The notes under the pieces are model-generated. The model did no database searches. It was given only the letters and a program-made list of their open reading frames with translations, and had not been told where the DNA came from. A DNA stretch of 64,000 bases from Candidatus Komeilibacteria bacterium (GTDB lineage: Bacteria; Patescibacteriota; Patescibacteriia; UBA1558): assembly GCA_048538235.1 (NCBI GenBank), contig JBLYPX010000001.1, forward strand, positions 594,136 through 658,135. The letters are read 5' to 3'. The position numbers were made by a program, and so were the translations under genes. Shown one piece after another: positions 54,101-63,100 of this stretch. The number at the start of each line of letters is the position of its first letter. The first letter of the stretch is position 1.

Positions 54101-57100
54101 ATACCAACGTTTCCAGAAGATGTATCTATATATACTCTATCTACACTTGAACTGTTTCTAATAACGAAGTCTCCAGTTGCCAAAGATGGTGTAAAATACA
54201 ATGAACCATAATTAGCAGAGCTTGCATATGTTACAGACTGTATCCAACTGCCAAGCCCAGTACCGGTTCTTTCTAATTGAATTGCTGGTCCTGCATCTGT
54301 AATATGTAATGACTGTTGAGGTGCAGTAGCTCCAATACCAACTTGACCAGTTGAGTCAATATTCAAATGATTGTTTGCAAAATTGCCATAACTGAACGTC
54401 GCTGCATCGATAGTATCGTCATACCCTATCGTAGCCATATTTACTCCACCCTGTCTAAATCTAATAGTTTGATTATATCCATCTGCGTTTGACTCAACAT
54501 CTACAACAGAGTTTACACCTGTTGCATAAATATCTAGCTTAACATTATCTTCTGGCTGAGTAGTACCAATACCAATATTACCAACTGTATCTATCAATAA
54601 TCTAGTTGCGCCCGCTGTATTATCATAAATATGGAATTCATCTGCCGTGCCAATACTGCCATCTCCATCCACTTGGATCTGCCAATCTCTATCTCCAAAT
54701 AATTGAATATATGTATCCAAATTTGCCGCTGCTTCTAACTTTAATGCCGCCGACGAAGTGTCTGCTATACCAGAAACTACCAAATCTTGATTTGGAGCTG
54801 TTGTACCAATACCTACATAACCAGAACCATCTATCACAAAACGTGGGTTAGTATTTAAAGTATCCGCTGTTTCAGATATAGCAAATATATTTCTAGACTC
54901 ATCCAACCCTATACTGAATTGTTCTGTTGAACCAGTAGAATGAAACATAATCCTTGCGTCTGCGTTAGCACCTGTACCATTCAACAACATGCTCGCAACA
55001 CTGTCATTAGCGATTTCTAAATTCTGGCCTGGAACTGTCGTCCCTATACCTACATTCCCAGAACCCATAACGGTAACAAAGTTTGTAGCGCCTTCACCGA
55101 TCTGTAATATTTCATCAGCATCTCCAACAGCTCCAGCTGTAGCTATTCTAATTGCTTCTGTAGAAGTACCACCTGTTGGTAATGATGATTGAATCAATAT
55201 ATTACCACCAGATGCTTGAGCGCCAACAAGGGATGTAAGTATTTGTAATTGTTCCCCAGAAAAACCAATTGTTGAATTAACATAATTAGAACCTGCCCCT
55301 GATGTTCCAGCTGTATCTGAAATATTTAGTGAAGCTGGTCCTAAGTATAGATCTTGCCATCTCTTAGCTGCTGAACCTAAGTCATATGTATTGTCTGTGG
55401 CTGGTAATAAATCTCCTGTAAATGTTGTAGTACCAGTCATAGCTACATCTCCAGTCACATTTAAATCACCTGTAATATTTACTGCCTTATTCTGAATTCC
55501 ACCTGTACCGTCTGCCTCAGAATACACCTTTAATATTGGTTCACTATCTATAGATAATGAATAACTTTCTTCTGTGCCAGCTGCTGGAGTTGAACTTACA
55601 GGCATATTTACGAATGTGACAGCTCCACTATCTTCAGCAAATTCATATGTTCCGCCAACTATTGTGCCACCAAATTCAATTTGATCAGAAGTATTAACTT
55701 TGACTATATTAACCGTACCAGTTCCAGCGCTATCTACACTCTTTATCCAATTGTCGTTTGTTATTTGTAAGTAATCTTCTGTTCCTTCAACTACTCTTAA
55801 TCCTTCCCAAGCACCAGCTATTAATGAGAGTTGATCAGCAGCTGCTCTACCAATACCAGTGTCATCATCACTCTCAAAACTGAATACTGGATTTATACTT
55901 GTTGGTGCTTCATTCCAAACTCTTGGATAGTTGGTACCATAGAATCCAAAACCAGTTGCACTTATAAATGCTTCAGGTTGCGTACTAAAAGCATATGATA
56001 AGACATTAGGCGAAGTTTCATATATACCGGTATCTCCATCACCAAAAGCTAAAGTAGGCGTATCTGCATCATTTTGTGATGGTAACTTAAGACTTGCAGT
56101 CGCTGTGTTTAATATAACATTACTACTAGTATCTATAGTAACAGCAGCTGATGTACTACCATTTACTTCAAAGTGGATATTATCTGCACTGCTCAAATGT
56201 GTACCATATTGACTTGCGCTTCTATAAGTATAACCAACCTGACCTAAGAAAGTTTCATCACTTTCAGCGAATCTAATTCTTACACCTTCATTAGCAGTTG
56301 TTACAGCTGAATCTTGAGATCTTATTTGTAATACCGTATCTGCATTACCTGAATCAAATATATCTAATACTTCAGATGGGTTTGTTAAACCAATACCAAC
56401 CTCACCAGCAGAATCAATAGCCAATCTATCTTTTACATCATTAGTAGTAAACCCTAATACATCGGTATTGTGATTATATCTAACTTGACCAACATTATCA
56501 TCGTTGGTATCACCAAAATCTATTGCTGAATAAAGTGTATTACCAGTAACAATCTTAACTGCTGCATTGGCAGTCTCATCTCTAACCTCTAATATGCTAG
56601 CAGGACTAGTAGTTCCAATTCCAACATTAGCATCAGCATCTATCGTTAGACCATCTGCCCACGTTCCATCTTTTCTTACACCTAATTTAATTCCTCCGTC
56701 TCTATTTGCAACACTCTGAAAATCTGACTCTGCATATGCCCTTACATATGCTCCATAAACTGCATTAGTAGCACCAAGATAAAGAGTTGCGGTTTCATCT
56801 ATAGAGCTAGCCCCTCCATAAGTATTTGTAATACCACTATACACATCTCCACCATTATTACCTTGTTGAAATTGAGCAATAGCTCCAGAACTTCCCGCCG
56901 CTACATTCAATCCATAACTACCCGGACTTGTTGTGCCGACACCAACATTTCCATTGTCTAAAATGGTCATTGCGTCTGTTGCAGTATTGCCAACCTTGAA
57001 TTCCATTCTATCACCACCGCCATCCCATCTTATACCGGCCTCAGCTGTTGAACCTTCAAAGAAATATAGATTGGTATTATATCCACTTGGCGCTTCCATA

Positions 57101-60100
57101 CTAACCACCTGATTAGCATTTGCAGTAGTTTTAAATTTAGCTATATATGTTTCTGTTGATTCAACATGTAATGGGTCATCAGGAGCTGTTGCTCCAATAC
57201 CGACAAAGCCATTTCCAGTTACTGTTAAAATTTTTGTATCATCCTTATCTGCCAATTGGAATACTCTTTTATTATTTGAAGAATCTGAAGCTCTAACCAA
57301 CAAACCTTCGCCCGTAGCACTTGAGTTTAATATTCTCTGTGCCCAAGTTGAAGAGCTGTCTTCAATAGATAATTTATATACTGGACTTGTTGTTCCAACA
57401 CCAACATTGCCGCTAGCGGTAATTCTCATTCTCTCCTGATTAGCAGACCCAGCATTAAACGTTATATTAGTATTATCTCCTGCAGTAGAGTATGGGACAG
57501 CATTTATAGATGCCTGAACCCTAGTAGCATCTGCTGAATAGAACTCGATACCACCCCAATTATTAGCCGTATCCCAATCTGAACCTGTTGATGTTGTCGA
57601 TATTCTTAAAACGGTTGGATTTAATGTTCCCGTTCCTGTCGCAGTTGATATTTCCAACAATTCAGCGGGTGCAGTTGTCCCAATACCAACATTGCCGCCA
57701 TCTGTCTCCAAAGCAATATTGCCTATACTATTCATTGTCAAAACATCGGTAGCTGATGTATATGCTAAAGTTCCTTCATCTGATGTAGATGCTCCGACAT
57801 GTATTGTTTCGCCACCCAAATATATATTTGCCCAACGTAAACTATCTGAACCTAAATTATATGTATCATTAACGCTTGGTAAGAAATCTCCTGTTAAAGT
57901 GTAATCTCCTGTCACATTAAGATCACCCGTTACATTCACTGCTGGATTTTGTATACCACCCGTACCATCTGCTTCTGCATATACTTTTAATATATTGTCG
58001 CCATCAATCTTAAATGTTGCAGACATTTCTGTACCAGCTGTTGGAGTTGAGCTTACTGGCATATCAAAGAAGGTAATTGCACCAGCATCCTCGTCTGCTA
58101 CAAATGTTCCAATATTTAAAGCTGCTCCCAATTCTACCTGATCTGAACTATTCACCTTAAACATGTTTACCGTGCCAGTACCAGCGCTATCTACGCTCTT
58201 TATCCAATTATCATTTGTTATTTGTAAATAATCTTCTGTTCCTTCAACTACTCTTAAACCTTCCCAAGCTCCTGCTATTAATGAAAGATTGTTAGCACCA
58301 TCACCGCCGATACCAGTAGTATCGTCACCTCTATGAGGTATAATCACCGGATTAGTATACGATGAAGTTTCTTTAACCATCATTGGACCGTCACTATTTG
58401 TAGCTCTAAATTGAGTAGTTAATGCCTGCCAAACTGCAGTCCCGCCAACAGACAACACAATATTATCATCGCCCGCCTCATAAAAACCAGTATCTCCATC
58501 TCCGAATGATAATGTTGGAGTGGCTGCATCATTTTCTAATGGTAATTGCAACTTACTAGTTGGATTAGTTAAACCTATGCCTACATTTCCACCGGTCATT
58601 AAAATATTACCGCCCGCAGTTGTAAGATAAAAATCCTGACCACTTACAGATTGGTATATATTAGCTGTAGTTGTTCCAGAGAACTTAATTTCATATCCAG
58701 TATTAGTCTCAACATCTAAACCAACACCGCCTACTCCCAGCCCATTAATTTCCAACTTAGCTTCAGGAGCTGTAACTCCAATACCAATTCTATTATTTAA
58801 AGCATCAATAGATAAAGTATTAGCATCTATATTTAAAGCATTAACCGCATTATTTAAAGTCCAAGTTGAACTGGCAGCTTGTGTTAAGTTCAAAGCTGAA
58901 GCTGAGGTTAAATTTAAATTACCAGCTGTTGTTGACCAAGTTGAAGTAGCGTTACCGGTTAAAGTAAGAGAATCGCCTGTACCAGCAACTATCTGAGAAG
59001 CACCTGTAATATCTACATCAGCTAGCGCATCACCAATATTAATATCGTCAGCTGCTGTTCCGCCAGTACCAATATTTATTGTATCTATAGCTGTGCCAGT
59101 ACCAATGTTTACATTATTTGCTTGGTTTGATGTGGCTAAATTTAAAGTGGCTGGATTTGAATTAAGAGTAGCAACGTTAAAGGTTGTTAAACCTGTACCA
59201 TTAATACTATATGTAGCAACTGTATTTGGTGTTACAACTGACGTTGTGTTTGCCCCACCAAGATTCAAGGCTCCAGTTGGGTTTAATGTTAAATTTGTAC
59301 TTGAATTAATATTTCCTCCATTAACTGCTAAATCGCTAGTCAAATTTAAACCACCGCCTGCTGTAAAATCTGTTGCTGCATCACCAATGTTTAATATTAA
59401 ATTGTTCTGCATGTCTATATCGCTCTCATATGCCGTTGTTCCGACAATGGTAGTGTCCCCAGCAACCGTTAGATTGCCATCCAAAAATGCATCTCCGTCA
59501 ACCTCTAATACCCCTTCAATGTATAAATCATCATCTGAATTTAAGCCATGGCCCATGCCAGTCACAGCATCTCCAATAACGTTGTACACTTGTCCAGCTG
59601 CACCACCAATTGCAATTGTATCTGTATCTCCAAGTATTAACTGACCTGTTCCAGCTGCTCCAGTTATGTCTAATGTTAAATCTCCGGTATTATCTACTTG
59701 GAAATTAGCATAAAGAACATCATTGGTATGAGTTAGACGTAACTGAGGGCTCGAAGCGTCTAAACTTTCTAGTCTTGCATCTGGACTATCGGTGTTTATA
59801 CCAACATTACCTGCATTAAAATATGAATCTCCATAACTTCTAATTCTATTAACTGTGGTGCCCGCACTATTTAACCAGTCTGTCACAATACCATTGTTTA
59901 AATAATTCCATGTCATCATTCTTGAATTTAAATAACCCTCAACGCTTAACCCGTTTTCTGATGCGCCAATATTATCTGTCTCAATTTCTAATTTGTGCGT
60001 AGGATTGGTTGTTCCTATACCCACCTCGCCATCATGATTTAAAGTCATAGCTGTAATATCTGGCGTGCTTGAAGAAGAACTCTGTTGTAAAATGAATTCT

Positions 60101-63100
60101 AATCTTGTTGGTATTTGAGAGCCAATAGTATCGTCTGCAACAGCTCTAATTTGAGCACCCGTTTTATCTACACCGGCAACCTTGCCACCGAAATAATAAC
60201 TACCTAATAAATCTCCAGGCAAAGTCTGACTAGATGTTAATCTAGACATAACTCCATTTCCTTCAACCTGTAATGCAAAAGCGGGTGCTGTAGTACCAAT
60301 ACCTACATAACCTGCATTAAAGTAAGAATTTCCATCACCTAATATAGCTACCGTATCTGTACCATTACCTCTTAATCTTAATCTTGCATCTCCTGTAGTA
60401 GGTTCGTCTACTAATAGAATATTATTTGTTCCACCATTTTCTCTAACCTCTATAGCTGTTCCAGAACCAACACCTGGAGATTTTATTTCTAACTTTCCTT
60501 CAGGATCTGTCACACCAATACCAACGTTTGCACTCTGAGTAATTCTAAATATTTCCCCACCGTAAACGCTATTATCTATGGCAAAGTCTGTGCCTGTTCT
60601 TCTAAGATCCCAATAAGCGTCTAATGTGTCACCAGCTCCAGACTCTGCTAATCTTAGTCTAGTGTCTGTTGATGCCCCTGCTGTTTCTGTATCTCTAATT
60701 GTTAATATTGGATCACTAGCCACAATCTCCATCTTTGTATCTGGTGTAGCAGTTCCTATACCAACATTACCAGAACCCATAACAGTAACAAAGTTTGTAG
60801 CGCCTTCACCGATCTGTAATATTTCATCAGCATCTCCAACAGCTCCAGCAGTAGCTATTCTAATTGCTTCTGTAGAAATACCTCCTGTTGGTAATGATGA
60901 TTGAATCAATATATTACCACCAGATGCTTGAGCGCCAACAAGGGATGTAAGTATTTGTAATTGTTCCCCAGAAAAACCAATTGTTGAATTAACATAATTA
61001 GAACCTGCCCCTGATGTTCCAGCTGTATCTGAAATATTTAGTGAAGCTGGTCCTAAGTATAGATCTTGCCATCTCTTAGCTGCTGAACCTAAGTCATATG
61101 TATTGTCTGTGGCTGGTGTAATATTTCCAGCTATTGTTTGACCTCCGTCAAAGTAAGCCATGCCATCAACTTCTAATGTTCCTTCAATATATGCATCTTC
61201 TCCGTTTAATGTTTGGCTAGGAGTTCCATTACCAACCTTTAAATTACCAGTTAATACATTAACAAGGTCTGTGGCATTACCTGTTGTTAAAGATATATTA
61301 TTCGCCCCATCAGAAGTAACATTAACTCCAGCACCAGAAAGTGTAGAAGAAGCATCTGAATCAATATTTACAGCCCCAGTAGCATCTACACCATATGTAC
61401 CACCTACTGTAGCTAAGTAATTAGCTGTTGTTGTTAAATTAAAGGTAGTACCATCTATGGTTATTGTATCGTTAGCATTAATATCTATATTTCCTGATGA
61501 AGTGAAATCTAGTTCTCCATCTGCTAGTGTTCCACCATCTGTGGTAAGAGAAATCTTAGTACCACCTACATCTACGGTTGTATCTGAGTCTACATTTACT
61601 GTTCCTGCTGAATCTACTGCATAAGTACCTGTATTTGTTAAAGTGTAGTTTACTCCATCTATTGTTATATTTCCTACAACGTTTACATCATAGTCATCTG
61701 CTACGTTTAGAGTAAGGTCTCCATTGGTAGCTCCTCCAGTAGTAAATGTCATAGAACCGTCTGTGGTTGCTATGTTTTGAGAACCAGATGTTAATAGGTC
61801 ATATGTTCCTGTTACGTCTATATCTAAGTTAGCACCTGCGTTTAGGTCAAAGAGGCCGGCGGAGGTTGCAATTAAGTTACCTGAAGTTAAAGTAGATAAT
61901 GTTAAATTACCAGAAGTAGCACTGACATTAGAATTTCCTGTACCATCTATACTAAATGTTCCAGAAGATAGCATGTCATAATTTCCAGTTACATCTATAT
62001 CTAAGTTAGCACCTGCATTAAGATCGAAAAGGCCGGCAGAAGTAGCTATCATACTACCAGTTGTAATGGTAGATAGTGTTAAATTATTATTAGTTACAGA
62101 TAAATTAGAAGCTGCTGCGCCATCAATTGAATAACCAGCTGTTGTATCTATGACTAATGTTGCTGAATCAATATCTATTGCCGCACCAGCATTGCTTATA
62201 TCTATATCTGTTACTCCATCACCAGTTAGGGCTAATATACCACCATCAGAAGTAACATTAACTCCAGCACCAGAAAGTGTTGAAGAAGCATCTGAATCAA
62301 TATTTACAGCCCCAGTAGCATCTACACCATAAGTACCACCTACTGTAGCTAAGTAATTAGCAGTAGTTGTTAAATTAAAGGTAGTACCGTCTATGGTTAT
62401 TGTATCGTTAGCATTAATATCTATATTACCAGATGAAGTGAAGTCTAATTCTCCATCTGCTAGTGTTCCACCATCTGTTGTTAAAGATATCTTTGTACCA
62501 CCTACATCTACGGTTGTATCTGAGTCTACATTTACTGTTCCTGTTGAATCTACTGCATAAGTACCTGTATTGGTTAAAGTATAATTTACTCCATCGATTG
62601 TTATATTACCTACAACGTTGACATCATAGTCATCTGCTACGTTTAGAGTAAGGTCTCCATTGGTAGCTCCGCCAGTAGTAAATGTCACAGAACCGTCTGT
62701 TGTTGCTATGTTTTGAGAACCAGATGTTAATAGGTCATATGTTCCTGTTACATCTATATCTAAGTTAGCGCCTGCGTTTAAGTCAAAGAGGCCGGCGGAG
62801 GTAAGTATCATTGAACCGCTAGTTGTTGTTTCTAGAGTTAAATTTTGAGAGTCTGTAGAAATATTTGCTGTACCAGATAAATACAATGGGAAATTAAAGT
62901 CAAAACGATCATTAGTATTATCCCAGCCAAATGTTGCGTTTGTTCCAGGAGTTCCTCTTTCAAACACAATGTTCATAGCCTCACCGTCATTAGTAGTGTT
63001 ATCTGTATTAATAACAAAGCTTTCAGCAGTTGTTCCTAAAATACCAGAACCAGGTGCGATCAAAGTACTGGTATAAACATTTCTCCAACGATGAGTTGGT

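Noticed and set aside
43400-62810. Regular intragenic repeats as a possible CRISPR array or diversity-generating retroelement target
   Set aside because: The repeats are hundreds of bp long, in-frame and protein-coding, with no short-repeat/spacer periodicity. No reverse transcriptase, cas gene or template repeat is present in the window.
36118-63000. Many 60-183-aa plus-strand ORFs (e.g. 44858-45376, 48038-48511, 59093-59644)
   Set aside because: All are antisense to the giant minus-strand genes. Their Pro/Val/Ala/Ser-rich translations are what the complement of Gly/Thr/Asn/Asp-rich codons produces. They have no independent start or termination context.
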